Source of the DNA: Candidatus Omnitrophota bacterium | GTDB taxonomy: Bacteria; Omnitrophota; Gorgyraeia; Tantalellales; Tantalellaceae | DNA length: 64,000 nucleotides | NCBI GenBank assembly: GCA_014728075.1 | Contig: WJMG01000078.1 | Span: forward strand, 2,668 to 66,667 | Reading direction: 5' to 3' | Part shown: positions 26,059 through 36,272 of the stretch, piece by piece | How the letters are laid out: every line of letters starts with the position of its first letter | Position numbering within the stretch: the stretch's first letter is position 1 | The notes under the pieces: generated by a model | Told to the model about the DNA's origin: nothing | Seen by the model: only the letters and a program-made list of their open reading frames with translations | Databases searched by the model: none | Program-made: the position numbers and the translations under genes

Positions 26059-27518
26059 CTTTCCTCCGCCTTTGCCGCTTTTTCCCTGCCGGAGCCCTGT
26101 TCAAAGGGGTCCGGGACCAGGCTGGCCTCGGGCACCAGAGTTACGGAATTAAGGTTTCCCTTTTCTCTGTCGATAAAATATATCTTCCCCTCTTCCTCCG
26201 AGTAATATACCGAAGATCCCGGCTTCACTTCCAGAAGAAATCCCCCGGAGTTCTTTCCGTAAGCTTCCACTCCGGCAAGATGTACTTCGCTGCCCTGCCG
26301 GTATACGGCATGCGACGCCCCGTAAGCGAAAAACGCCTGGCTCATCTCTTTTTTGTCCCGGCACATCCAAAACATCCGGGGAGCCTTCTCAAAAGTCACT
26401 TCGCCCGTCTGTTCAAAGGAAAGGTCGAGAACCCCCACCGCATCCCTCCGCAAAACGAGAAGTCTTTGCTCCTGCCGGTCATACTCTATATCCAGAGTGC
26501 CTGTTTCAACGAAACGATACGGGAGTTTGTTAGACAAAAGCTCTCCGTCCGGCCCTATGAAAAAAAGCAGGTCCTCCCCAAAAGGATACACTTCGTATGT
26601 TTTTTCCGGCTTGAAGATGCTTGAAAAGATCTCTTCGTCATCAAGGATGGAGCTCCTGGCTTCTCCCGAAAGATCGGTCCTGAAAATCGTATTTTCGCCT
26701 ATAGCGTATATGTGAGAGGACTCTATTCCGAACCCCGAAACACCTTTCATAAAACCGGGATAGACCGCGCCTTCCTTCAGGTCCGCTTTTATAAGCTCTG
26801 CCCCTGAAAGAAAGAACACCAGTTCCGGCTTGTCCGGGTCCCATTTGCAGCCTTCTGGCCCGCCGCGCAGAAGTTCGGTGACATCCTCTACCACGGCCTT
26901 GTTCCCTGTCAGCCCGGCCCGGTATATCCTTTTTCCTGACGGTGTTTCCGCGCGAAAAAGAATACCGGAGCTGCCTCTTACCGTATTAACCTCTGTTATA
27001 TCCGGTATCGCGGCGGCGTCCCTGCCCGAAAAGAGCGGATAAGCGCTGTCGGCTTTGTAATCATATACCGTGGTCCGGCCGCCCGCGTTCCCGGCCTTAA
27101 GCAGAAAATATCCGCTTGCCTGTACGGGGATCAGGTCTTCGAAGGGGCCGCCGAGTATCGGGGCTATGTCCCACTTTTCAGGCAGAAGAAGTATCTTGTC
27201 CAGGACCGTGGCCTCTTCCTTCTGCACCGGGATAACGGCCTGCCAGTGCCTGTAACCCTCGAGAGAGATCCTTACGGAATAGTCCCCGGAAGTAAGCTCC
27301 TGGATAAGCGCCGGGGTCTTTTGTGCCTGTTCTTCGCCGTTAACGAAAACGGACCCGCCCTGCGGATTCGTTGAAAGGTAGATCGCTCCGGTCTTAACGA
27401 AGCCTTTTTGCGTTTCCGGACTGTAGATATACCCCAGGGCGTAAAGAATGAGGAGCGGACAGAGCACCGCGTAAACAGCGGCGACAATATAAAACAATAT
27501 TCTTCTCAGGAACTGCAT
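26055..27518 (-). CDS. PEGA-domain membrane protein, co-transcribed with the GT2 synthase
   Basis: ATGA overlap with the GT2 start. An N-terminal TM is followed by a PEGA-like segment (SVFVNGE...YSVRISLEGY). Confidence 0.5.
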   Translation of the reverse strand: MQFLRRILFYIVAAVYAVLCPLLILYALGYIYSPETQKGFVKTGAIYLSTNPQGGSVFVNGEEQAQKTPALIQELTSGDYSVRISLEGYRHWQAVIPVQKEEATVLDKILLLPEKWDIAPILGGPFEDLIPVQASGYFLLKAGNAGGRTTVYDYKADSAYPLFSGRDAAAIPDITEVNTVRGSSGILFRAETPSGKRIYRAGLTGNKAVVEDVTELLRGGPEGCKWDPDKPELVFFLSGAELIKADLKEGAVYPGFMKGVSGFGIESSHIYAIGENTIFRTDLSGEARSSILDDEEIFSSIFKPEKTYEVYPFGEDLLFFIGPDGELLSNKLPYRFVETGTLDIEYDRQEQRLLVLRRDAVGVLDLSFEQTGEVTFEKAPRMFWMCRDKKEMSQAFFAYGASHAVYRQGSEVHLAGVEAYGKNSGGFLLEVKPGSSVYYSEEEGKIYFIDREKGNLNSVTLVPEASLVPDPFEQGSGREKAAKAEER

Positions 27519-27643
27519 ATGCCTTCCCGGGGAAAAGACAGAAAGGAGATCAAGGCCCGGCGCCTGTGAGGCCACTTGTCTAATTATATATTATTATGCG
27601 CCTGTTGAGAAGCCGCGCCCGTTCTCCCGGCGAAAAGCCTGTC

Positions 27644-28309
27644 TTAAAAGGTCAGATTAAGCTTAGCCCCTATGACATTAGCGTCTTTCCATCCTTCTTT
27701 CAACCGGTCGGACTGCGACATGTAATAAAGGTCTATCTCCGCGCCCTTGAACAGGGCTGCCTTTAACCCGGCATATACCCTGTTCCGGCCTATTCTTTTA
27801 TCGCTGAAAGTGAAGAATATCTCGTCCCCGAGATAGGGAGAGTACTTGAATTTTTTGAAGGAGAGGGGAAAATAAACGAGTGTTTTGTTCCTGAATCGCC
27901 AGCTGTCTTGCTTTTCCGCGTCTTCCCGTATCCTGTATTCCAACCGGGCCCGGTCCTTTACAAGGACTCCTTTCCATTTCACTGTTCCCGTAAGATTAAA
28001 GTGAGGGCGGTGTTCCGCGTACCACTTATCCCCGCTCTTACTGTAGGCCTGCCGGTAATTGAATCCGGCCGACAACCATTTTTCGATCTTTCGGGAAAGC
28101 CCGGCATCGGTATGCATATAGGTGAGAGTGCCCATGTCGCCGGTCCACCAGAGCTCTTCCTCCAGCTTGACCTTCCAGGCGTCGCTTATCTTATAGCTTA
28201 CACTGTCCGTCTGCCAGAACTGCCAGTCGCCGTCCTCGGCCCCGTAAACCGGCCCCGAGATCAGGCAAAGACACAGAGCGGTCACGGCCGCCGTCAGTAA
28301 CTTCTTCAT
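27644..28309 (-). CDS. Outer-membrane beta-barrel protein (DUF2490-like) with signal peptide
   Basis: Signal peptide followed by alternating aromatic/hydrophobic beta-strand pattern. It ends in ...LNLTF. Confidence 0.45.
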   Translation of the reverse strand: MKKLLTAAVTALCLCLISGPVYGAEDGDWQFWQTDSVSYKISDAWKVKLEEELWWTGDMGTLTYMHTDAGLSRKIEKWLSAGFNYRQAYSKSGDKWYAEHRPHFNLTGTVKWKGVLVKDRARLEYRIREDAEKQDSWRFRNKTLVYFPLSFKKFKYSPYLGDEIFFTFSDKRIGRNRVYAGLKAALFKGAEIDLYYMSQSDRLKEGWKDANVIGAKLNLTF

Positions 28310-28369
28310 CCGCACCTCCCGGTAATTACAGATAATGATACCAGAAGGTTCCTTTTTTTGCTATTTTTT

Positions 28370-29050
28370 TCAGATCTTTTTATCCAGGCGTTCTTTGTGA
28401 TGCCTTACTACAGTGGCTCTTACCATGTAGATGACATCCTCCGAAATGTAGGTGGCGTGATCGCAGATCCTTTCAAGGTGCCTCGCTATCAGCAGGAGGG
28501 CGACCGCCCTTGTCGCGCTTGAGGGGTCTTTTTCAAGGAAGTCGTGCAAAAGTTCGCTCTGTACCGCGTTCCGGATCTTGTTGGCCTCGGGATCGGCCAG
28601 GATGACCTCTTTTGCTAGGGACTCGTCCCTGTTAACATAGGAATCGATGGCGCTCTTCACCATCTTCCGGGCGATCTCGGAAAGTTTGGGGATATCTATC
28701 AGCGGCTTAAGGGGCTGCTGCCCGGAAAGGGCCTTCACTCTCTGTGAAATGTTCACCGTCAGGTCCGCTATTCTCTCAAGTTCCGCGTTTATTTTCATGC
28801 CCGTTGTTATCTGTCTCAGGTCTATGGCCATGGGCTGGCGCAGAGCCAGGAGATCGATGAACTTCTCCTCGATGAGATTCTCCATCTCGTCTATCCTGGT
28901 ATCGTCCTGTATAACCTTTTCAGCGAGGTCTTCGTCCCTGTTCTTTAATGCCTCCACGGATTTGAATATAGCTTCTTCCACCATCGCCGCCATTTTCAAA
29001 AGGTCGGTATTCACGCTCTTTATTTCGTCATCAAAATGTCTTTCTACCAT
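28370..29050 (-). CDS. phoU: Phosphate signalling complex protein PhoU
   Basis: Two PhoU repeats with conserved E/D-x3-D motifs. RBS GAGGTG. Confidence 0.85.
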   Translation of the reverse strand: MVERHFDDEIKSVNTDLLKMAAMVEEAIFKSVEALKNRDEDLAEKVIQDDTRIDEMENLIEEKFIDLLALRQPMAIDLRQITTGMKINAELERIADLTVNISQRVKALSGQQPLKPLIDIPKLSEIARKMVKSAIDSYVNRDESLAKEVILADPEANKIRNAVQSELLHDFLEKDPSSATRAVALLLIARHLERICDHATYISEDVIYMVRATVVRHHKERLDKKI

Positions 29051-29085
29051 TTCTGCACCTCGTCTTTGGAGCTCTCCGCTCCGGA

Positions 29086-29943
29086 TCATCCGAACCTGCC
29101 GGTAATGTAATCTTCCGTTATCTTTTTCCCGGGGTTTGTGAACATTTTACTCGTTTCATCATATTCTACCAGCTCTCCCAGCATAAAGAAAGCTGTATAG
29201 TCCGATATCCTCGCGGCCTGCTGCATGTTATGAGTCACTATGGCAATGGTGTAATCGTTCTTGAGTTCTTCTATAAGTTCTTCTATCTTGAGCGTCGCGG
29301 TCGGGTCCAGCGCCGAGGCGGGTTCGTCCATCAGGATCACTTCCGGCTCTATCGCAAGCGCCCGGGCTATACAAAGCCTCTGCTGCTGGCCGCCGGAGAG
29401 ATCAAAAGCGCTGTCGTTAAGGCGGTCCTTGACCTCTTTCCAGAGCGCGGCCCCTTTCAGGCTTGCTTCGACCTTATCGCTTATGTACGCCCGGTCTTTT
29501 ACTCCGTTGATCCTCAGTCCGTACGCCACATTCTCGAAAATGGTCTTTGGGAAAGGGTTCGACTTCTGGAAGACCATGCCTACTTTCCTCCTCAAAGACA
29601 CGACATCGACGCCCGGCGCGTAGATGTCCTGCCCGTCGATCTCGACCTTCCCTTCGATCCTTGTGCCGTCTATTACATCATTCATCCGGTTCAGGCTTCT
29701 CAGGAAAGTGGATTTACCGCACCCGGAAGGTCCGATAATTCCGGTGACCTTGTTCTTGTATATGTCCATAGTGACGCTCTTGATAGCTATCTCGTCACCG
29801 TAGTAAAAATTGAACCCTTCTGTCCTTATGACGATCTCTCCCATCTTTTTCCCCTTTGCAGCTCCGGGACCTGCCGGTTCACCGTTCCCGTTTTGGCTTT
29901 TGCCCGTTTTTCTGTTCACGGATCTTTCCTTGAGTTTCTGCAT
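29086..29943 (-). CDS. pstB: Phosphate ABC transporter ATP-binding protein PstB (possibly starting at internal Met34, 29844)
   Basis: Walker [10 protein letters not shown], signature LSGGQQQR, Walker B ILMDEP. Confidence 0.9.
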   Translation of the reverse strand: MQKLKERSVNRKTGKSQNGNGEPAGPGAAKGKKMGEIVIRTEGFNFYYGDEIAIKSVTMDIYKNKVTGIIGPSGCGKSTFLRSLNRMNDVIDGTRIEGKVEIDGQDIYAPGVDVVSLRRKVGMVFQKSNPFPKTIFENVAYGLRINGVKDRAYISDKVEASLKGAALWKEVKDRLNDSAFDLSGGQQQRLCIARALAIEPEVILMDEPASALDPTATLKIEELIEELKNDYTIAIVTHNMQQAARISDYTAFFMLGELVEYDETSKMFTNPGKKITEDYITGRFG

Positions 29944-29944
29944 G

Positions 29945-30799
29945 TCACTCTTTCCTTACTTTCCTTAGCTTATATCTCAATATTATAGCGAATAAATTCA
30001 TCGAAAAAACCAGCACTATCAGCACCAGGGCCGTACCGTACGCTATCGGCCTTACGCCTTCTATATCGTGGTGCTGTGTGGCCATTATGTAAAGGTGGTA
30101 CGGAAGCGCCATGAACTGGTCAAAAAGCGACTCGGGAAGAAAGGGCAGAAAGAAGGCCGCTCCCGTAAAAAGTATGGGCGCGGTCTCACCGGCCGCACGC
30201 GCAAGCCCGAGTATGGTCCCCGTCAGCATTCCCGGTATCGCGTAAGGAAGAACATTGGTCCTTATAGACTGCCATTTGGTAGCGCCCAGGGCCAGGGCCC
30301 CCGAGCGGTATGCCTGTGGAACATTCTTCAGGGCCTCTTCGCTCGCTGTTATGGTCCAGGGAAGCGTCATGAGGCCGAGCGTCATCCCGGCCGAAAGGAT
30401 ACAGGTGCCTATGCGCATCAACTGGACGAAAAGCACAACTCCGAAAAGGCCGTACACTATGGAAGGTACGCCCGAAAGGTTCCTTATGGACATCCTTATA
30501 AGCCTCGTGAACCTGTTGTCACGGGCGTATTCGTTAAGGTAAATAGCGCACCCCATCCCCAGGGGGACGGCAAAGAGCGCTGTCATGAGGGTCACCAGAA
30601 AAGTGCCTATTATAGCGGGGAATATGCCCCCTTCTGTCATGCCGTTCTTCGGCATCTGGGTAAGAAAAGCCCAGGAGATCTTACCCGCTCCCTTGGTGAA
30701 AATATCCCACAGGATAACGACAAGTATCAGGGCGACCGTTCCCAGGCACAGAAAAAGTACCGTTATACCCGCGTTCTGTTCTATGTTCTTCTTATTCAT
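29945..30799 (-). CDS. pstA: Phosphate ABC transporter permease PstA
   Basis: The start was placed at the ATGA overlap with the pstC stop. EAA-like permease loop. Confidence 0.85.
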   Translation of the reverse strand: MNKKNIEQNAGITVLFLCLGTVALILVVILWDIFTKGAGKISWAFLTQMPKNGMTEGGIFPAIIGTFLVTLMTALFAVPLGMGCAIYLNEYARDNRFTRLIRMSIRNLSGVPSIVYGLFGVVLFVQLMRIGTCILSAGMTLGLMTLPWTITASEEALKNVPQAYRSGALALGATKWQSIRTNVLPYAIPGMLTGTILGLARAAGETAPILFTGAAFFLPFLPESLFDQFMALPYHLYIMATQHHDIEGVRPIAYGTALVLIVLVFSMNLFAIILRYKLRKVRKE

Positions 30800-31674
30800 C
30801 TTACCTTTATCTGGTATTTCCTGAGAACGATATCGGATATCATGTTGACCAGGAAAGTTATTATAAAAAGCACCAGGCCCACACCGAAAAGCGCGTAATA
30901 ATGCGTGGTGTAATAAGGCACCTCTCCCAGCTCTATAGCTATTGTAGAGGTCATCGTCCTTACCGAATCGAGAAACCCGTGAGGCATCGCCGGGGCACAG
31001 CCCGTCGCCATCAGGACCGTCATTGTCTCTCCTATGGCCCTCCCCATTCCCAGCATGCACGAAGCGAAGATCCCCGAAGCCGCGGCCGGTATCTTTACCT
31101 TTACGATGGTCTGCCAGTGCGTCGAGCCCAGGGCAAGAGAAGCTTCGGTAAAGGATTTGGGAACGCTCTTTAGAGCGTCTTCGGAGATGCTTATTATAGT
31201 AGGAAGCGCCATTATAGCTAAAAGAAAAGAGCCGTTCAGGGCGTTAAGCCCGTTCGGGATATTAAACAGCCTGGCTATCGCCGGGCCGACCAATACTATG
31301 CCCAGAAAGCCTATAACGACAGAAGGTATCCCGGCAAGTATCTCTATTATGGGTTTCGCTATCTCGCGCACCCTGGGACTCGCTATATCGGACAGATACG
31401 CCGCGGTGCCTATGCCCAGAGGAAAAGCAATGACAAGAGCCCCTATCGTCACCATGGCGGTCGAGACGAGCATCGCGCCTATACCGTACTGCGTCCTGAC
31501 ATAAGAGGTCGGGTTCCACCTGGCGGTAAAAAGGAACTCTTTCAGGCTTATTTCCCTGAATGCCGGGATGGAAGTCCCCACCAGAAGGGCGAAAATACCC
31601 ACCAGCACTATTACCACCAGAAGGCCGTTGAACATAAAGAGGCCGTGGATAGCTTTTTCCTTAAGATCGCTCAT
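30796..31674 (-). CDS. pstC: Phosphate ABC transporter permease PstC
   Basis: 6-TM permease with an EAA loop. Confidence 0.9.
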   Translation of the reverse strand: MSDLKEKAIHGLFMFNGLLVVIVLVGIFALLVGTSIPAFREISLKEFLFTARWNPTSYVRTQYGIGAMLVSTAMVTIGALVIAFPLGIGTAAYLSDIASPRVREIAKPIIEILAGIPSVVIGFLGIVLVGPAIARLFNIPNGLNALNGSFLLAIMALPTIISISEDALKSVPKSFTEASLALGSTHWQTIVKVKIPAAASGIFASCMLGMGRAIGETMTVLMATGCAPAMPHGFLDSVRTMTSTIAIELGEVPYYTTHYYALFGVGLVLFIITFLVNMISDIVLRKYQIKVR

Positions 31675-31717
31675 GTCGTATCCACGGCCTCCTTATATTA
31701 TTTATTCGTTCCCGGGA

Positions 31718-32599
31718 CTACAGTCCCACGCTCTTTTTGTTGAATTCAATATATTCTTTGGGGATCGGGAAAAATCCTTCCTCTTCCACCGTTCTCTGTC
31801 CTTCCGGGCTTAGTTCGAAAAGGATGAAATCCCTGACCTTGCCCTCGGGAGCCCCGTTCAGATACTGGTTCAGGGGACGGGCTATCGGATATTTGCCGCT
31901 TTTCACATCCTGAGAGTCCAGCGGGCTTGCGTAAGGCGCTCCGGCGTAAGCGGCGACCTTCAGAACATTCACGCCTTTGGCGTTCTTCACATAACCTACG
32001 CCTACATAGCCTATGCCTGTCTTATCGGCCTTCACGGCTTCCACTATCTGGGAATTCCCGTTCATTCTTCTCATGGCGCTGGCGTAATCCCCCTTGAGCA
32101 CCACATCCCTGAAGAAAACGAAAGTCCCGGAATTGGACTGTCTTCCGTAAAGGGTTATCGGAAGGTCTTCTCCGCCGACTTCCGACCAGTTAGTTACCTC
32201 TCCCCTGAAGATCTTTCCTATCTGGTCCATGGTAAGGCCTTCTACGGTATTGCTGCCGTTAACGATCACGCTTAAGCCGTCCATGGCTATAACGACCCTC
32301 TTTGGAGTTATCCCCCTGTCCATCGCCCTGGTAACTTCTTTGGGCTTCATAAGCCGTGATGCGTTGGCGATGTCGGTCTTCTTGTTCATCAGCGCGGCTA
32401 TCCCGGTACCGGACCCTCCGCCGGTCACGGCAATAGCTACGCCGCTTTTCTGCTCCATATATTCCTCGGCCAGCTTCTGCACCAGGTTGATCAGGGTGTC
32501 GGAGCCCTTGATCTGTATCATTTCCCGGGCTCCGGCCATTCCTGAAAAAGCGAACAGAGCCAGCGTGGCCATGGCTATAGATTTTCTGTATTTCTTCAT
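31718..32599 (-). CDS. pstS: Phosphate-binding protein PstS
   Basis: Signal peptide. GSGTG...T-D phosphate-binding motifs. RBS AAGGAG. Confidence 0.85.
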   Translation of the reverse strand: MKKYRKSIAMATLALFAFSGMAGAREMIQIKGSDTLINLVQKLAEEYMEQKSGVAIAVTGGGSGTGIAALMNKKTDIANASRLMKPKEVTRAMDRGITPKRVVIAMDGLSVIVNGSNTVEGLTMDQIGKIFRGEVTNWSEVGGEDLPITLYGRQSNSGTFVFFRDVVLKGDYASAMRRMNGNSQIVEAVKADKTGIGYVGVGYVKNAKGVNVLKVAAYAGAPYASPLDSQDVKSGKYPIARPLNQYLNGAPEGKVRDFILFELSPEGQRTVEEEGFFPIPKEYIEFNKKSVGL

Positions 32600-32677
32600 C
32601 GGTCAGCTCCTTGATTCATTTTGTTATACAAATTTATTGTTACGGTTCTGTGAACTTCCGGTTACGAGTTAGTTAAC

Positions 32678-34030
32678 TTAGAACTTTACCTTGACATCCA
32701 TCTGCAGAAGCTGCGCGGCCTGGTCGTATTCGTTGGTAAGGCTGCTGTTGATGTCGATAGGAGTAACATAATAGTATTCCAGGGCCAGGACGGTGTTCTT
32801 GAAAAGGGCGTATTGGATCCCTCCGTTGAAACCCTGTCCGTTGGTCCCGCCTCCGGCAGGCACGCCTCTCTGCGTGAACCCGAAAAAGTCGGAATCCGGC
32901 AGCGTGTCGGGTACCGCGTCGCGCTCGATATACCTGTAAAGTCCCCAGATCTTCCACTGTCCGGGTTTCTTGGGCTTCTTTTTGCCCAGATAGGCGCCGA
33001 CCTCGAAACCGAAATCGTCCGAGCTCACCCCGGAAGCGACATTCCATATCATGTCCGACCAGATCCCGTGACCCATCTCGAAATCGAAGAATTTTTTAGC
33101 GTCGTACCGGATCATCACATCAACAAGATTGTAATCGTACCGCCACTGGTTGGCCACACCGTCGATGGTCCAGGTAGTGTTGGTGCCCGCCGAGAAATCC
33201 GGGCTGTTCCCGGTGGACCTGTAATTCGGATTGCTCTTCATGTGCGCAAGGTCGTAATACGCGGCGGACAGATCGAGCTTAGCGTCCCAGTCGCTGTTTA
33301 TGTCCATCCTGAGCCCTCCCTGCATAACATACATGACCGGGTCATGCTGAGACCGGGTGATCTCCTCCAGCCAGAAGAACCCGAAATTCCCGTAAAGCTC
33401 CGTGGGCACCTCTCCCAGCTCGAAGGTGGAAGAGTCGTATTGCGCCAGTATACCGTCCGGGTTTATGTCGCCATCCCAGAGGACTTCGGACTTGTTAAGC
33501 CGGTTCTTGAACTTTCCGAGCCAGAGGTCTCCCGACCCCATGTTTTTGGGAAGTTCCGGGTGCCAGTTGATGTAATACATGTCGAGCCTGCAGTCGAAAC
33601 TCTCAAAAGTATGTTCGAGCGTCTGATTGGTGGAGCGCGGATCGTTCCCGCCGGTAACAAGCCTTACTCCGGCCTTTACCTGGTCGTTGACCTCTCCCTC
33701 TACGCCGATCCTGGCCCTTACCCTGTTCCGTATCCTTTCGTGCGCGGGGCCCAGGCCCTTATACCAGCCTGTCTGCGTACGGAAGCGAACATCGCCCTTC
33801 ATCTTGATCTTCTGCGTCCAGGACGGCGCTGTTACCGCTTTCCCGGCCGCCAGCTCCTTGGCCGCCTCTTCCTTGGCATCGGCCAACAATATCTGGGCCT
33901 CGTACGGAGTGAGCACACCCTTTTCAACGAGCTTGTTAACAAGCACATCTATTTCGCCGGCGTCCGCGCCCTTTAGCGGAGCCACGGCGAAAACCAGCAA
34001 AACTGCGAGCAAAATAAATCTTTTTCCCAT
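32678..34030 (-). CDS. Phosphate-selective porin O/P family outer-membrane protein
   Basis: Signal peptide, a coiled N-terminal segment, then a beta-barrel ending in ...VKVKF. Its position at the head of pstSCAB fits this call. Confidence 0.7.
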   Translation of the reverse strand: MGKRFILLAVLLVFAVAPLKGADAGEIDVLVNKLVEKGVLTPYEAQILLADAKEEAAKELAAGKAVTAPSWTQKIKMKGDVRFRTQTGWYKGLGPAHERIRNRVRARIGVEGEVNDQVKAGVRLVTGGNDPRSTNQTLEHTFESFDCRLDMYYINWHPELPKNMGSGDLWLGKFKNRLNKSEVLWDGDINPDGILAQYDSSTFELGEVPTELYGNFGFFWLEEITRSQHDPVMYVMQGGLRMDINSDWDAKLDLSAAYYDLAHMKSNPNYRSTGNSPDFSAGTNTTWTIDGVANQWRYDYNLVDVMIRYDAKKFFDFEMGHGIWSDMIWNVASGVSSDDFGFEVGAYLGKKKPKKPGQWKIWGLYRYIERDAVPDTLPDSDFFGFTQRGVPAGGGTNGQGFNGGIQYALFKNTVLALEYYYVTPIDINSSLTNEYDQAAQLLQMDVKVKF

Positions 34031-34042
34031 TTTTATTCCTCC

Positions 34043-34339
34043 TTAAAAGGATTTTCTATCGATAAATATTCCTGCTTCTTTCGTTTGGAGTTCGAATCGA
34101 AGATCCCTGGTGCTTTCCTCTTCGGTTTCTTCTTCCGGGTCCATATAGGTAAAACGACAGTCGGCGGCAAAACCGGCTCCGATACTGCTTTGGCCTTTCC
34201 TTTCATCACCTCCTTCCCTGCCGTGTTTTTTGCCATCCTCCGCCATGTTCAAAAGCGCGTTTCCCATATCCAGCGAAAAGCGGTAATACGCGTTTCCCAT
34301 AAGTATAACGGCTACTCCCGCCAGCAACAATAAGACCAT
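34043..34339 (-). CDS. Small hypothetical protein (98 aa) with hydrophobic N-terminus, between phoR and the porin gene. It may be a translated leader.
   Basis: ORF only. Weak RBS. Confidence 0.25.
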   Translation of the reverse strand: MVLLLLAGVAVILMGNAYYRFSLDMGNALLNMAEDGKKHGREGGDERKGQSSIGAGFAADCRFTYMDPEEETEEESTRDLRFELQTKEAGIFIDRKSF

Positions 34340-34360
34340 TTTCTTACGCCTTTCGGTAAA

Positions 34361-34393
34361 TTGTCACACAAAGTGTATAACACTTTTGTAACC
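34361..34393. promoter_or_regulatory. Candidate Pho-box-like region. Repeats at 11-bp periodicity (TTGTCAC / AGTGTAT / CTTTTGT) containing GTGTATAACAC. The core TGTATAACA recurs upstream of pstS at 32621..32631.
   Basis: Direct reading. It sits in the intergenic region heading the porin-pst operon. Confidence 0.3.
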
Positions 34394-34498
34394 CGAACAT
34401 GAAAGGCAAGTAAACTTTTTGTGAACAAAAAAGGTTAGTTCAAGAAAAGCGCGGTTTGTTTTCGCGGCCCGGCCTGTTTGTTTCCGGCCGGAACCCGC

Positions 34499-36271
34499 TC
34501 ATGCTTTTGGGATGGTAAAAAAGAAGGTAGTCCCTTTTCCGGGGGAACTTTCGACTCGCACTTCCCCTCCGTGTTCCTGGACGATGTGCTTAACGATGGA
34601 AAGGCCGAGACCGGTCCCTCCCATTTCCCTGGACCTGGCCTTGTCTACCCTGTAGAAGCGCTCGAAGATCCTGGGCTGGTCCTCTTCGGGAATGCCTATT
34701 CCATTATCCTCCACCTCTACACAGACATAGCCGCCGTCCTCCCGGGCGGTAACCTTTATTTTCCCGCCGGGATAAGTATATTTAACGGCGTTCTCTATCA
34801 GGTTGAACAGGACCTGTGTTATTCTTTCGGTGTCTACGAAAACCTGCGGGAGATCTTCTCCTATCATGACCCGGGCGTTTATTTCTTTGTCTTCCGCTTT
34901 CCTTTTCAGTCCCTGCATCGCCCTTTCGGCGATCTCTTTAATAGACGCCCTCTCCGGATTCATGTCAAGCTTGCCGGACTCTATCCCGGAGAGGCTGAGG
35001 ATATCGGCTATAAGTTTAGCCAGCCTGTCCGCTTCCTCGTAGATCACGCCGACAAATTCCCTGGAGTTCTCTTTGTCCTGGAGGGCGCCGTCCAGAAGGG
35101 TCTCGGCATAACCTTTGATATTAGCTATAGGGGTCCTCAACTCGTGAGAAACATTGGCGACGAAATCCCGGCGGATGCTTTCGAGGTTCCTTAATTCGGT
35201 TATATCGTGAAAGACGAGCACCGCGCCTATGGTCTTTCCTTCCCGCACAACGGGGGTCGCGTGCACCATGAGCGTTTTAGGTTCGGGCATGAGCACCGAC
35301 ACCTCCCTCGCCTCCACTCCTTCTTTCCGCGAAAGGACCTCGTCCAGGATCTCCTGAATATCTATGTTCCGGAGCACCTCTACCGGCTTTTTCCCCGAAG
35401 GGTCGTCCATGACCTGAAGCAGCTGCGCAAGGGAAGGGTTCATCAATATGATCGTTCCCTTCGAATCGATCACGATAACGCCGTCGAACATACTTAACAA
35501 CACGGCTTCAAAACGGGACTTCCCGGTCGTTATGTCCTTTATCCTGGCCTTGATCTGTTCGATCATATAATTGAAGGCTTCCGCCAGGTCCGCCGTTTCA
35601 TCTCCCGAGGAAACGGTCATTTTTTCGGAAAGGTCTCCTTTCGCTATTTTTTTGGCGATCTGGGCCATTTCCTGAAGCCGCTTGGATATAACCTTGGAAG
35701 CGATCGAACTGGCCAGAAGGGAAAGGAAGAACGCCGCCGCGACAGCGGCAAAAAGGACCCTCTTGAGGTCCGCCGATGTTTCTTCCAGCCCGGAAAGCGG
35801 GATGGCCAGCCTCACTATTCCCTGGGGGCTTCCTTTGCCCACGATCTGGGCGACATAAAGCATGTGCTTCCGGACGGTAGTGGAGAAGCGCTTGCTCATC
35901 CCCGTTCCACTCAAAAGCGCTTCCTGGACCTCCGGCCGGCCGAAGTGGTTCTCCACTTCCTTAACTTCACCGGTCGTAAGGTCGGAATCTCCCAGGACCG
36001 TACCGTCAAGGGCTATTATGGTCACCCTGAGCCCCAGGTCCCTGTTTATGCGGTCGGCGAGAAAATCCAGCTCATGGGGACTCATCTCGCCCATGTCTTT
36101 TTCCAGAAGAAAGGTCTCTATAAGGCGGGTATCTTTGAGGATATCTCGCCGCGTCCGGGCGTAGTAATCTTCCCTTAGCCTGCGGTCCAGGTATAAAAAG
36201 GTCACCAGCAAAATGGCGGAGAACAGCGCTACGAAGGTAACGGTGATCTTGTGCTGGAGCCGAAAAGCCAT
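34499..36271 (-). CDS. phoR: Phosphate regulon sensor histidine kinase PhoR (TM-HAMP-PAS-HisKA-HATPase_c)
   Basis: H-box VSHELRTPIANIKGYAETL. ATP-lid motifs. Confidence 0.85.
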   Translation of the reverse strand: MAFRLQHKITVTFVALFSAILLVTFLYLDRRLREDYYARTRRDILKDTRLIETFLLEKDMGEMSPHELDFLADRINRDLGLRVTIIALDGTVLGDSDLTTGEVKEVENHFGRPEVQEALLSGTGMSKRFSTTVRKHMLYVAQIVGKGSPQGIVRLAIPLSGLEETSADLKRVLFAAVAAAFFLSLLASSIASKVISKRLQEMAQIAKKIAKGDLSEKMTVSSGDETADLAEAFNYMIEQIKARIKDITTGKSRFEAVLLSMFDGVIVIDSKGTIILMNPSLAQLLQVMDDPSGKKPVEVLRNIDIQEILDEVLSRKEGVEAREVSVLMPEPKTLMVHATPVVREGKTIGAVLVFHDITELRNLESIRRDFVANVSHELRTPIANIKGYAETLLDGALQDKENSREFVGVIYEEADRLAKLIADILSLSGIESGKLDMNPERASIKEIAERAMQGLKRKAEDKEINARVMIGEDLPQVFVDTERITQVLFNLIENAVKYTYPGGKIKVTAREDGGYVCVEVEDNGIGIPEEDQPRIFERFYRVDKARSREMGGTGLGLSIVKHIVQEHGGEVRVESSPGKGTTFFFTIPKA

Positions 36272-36272
36272 C

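Noticed and set aside
34395-34420. Rex half-site TTGTGAAcaaaaaagg upstream of the porin operon
   Set aside because: The second half-site (TTCACAA) is missing. Only TTCAAG is present. It is probably chance.
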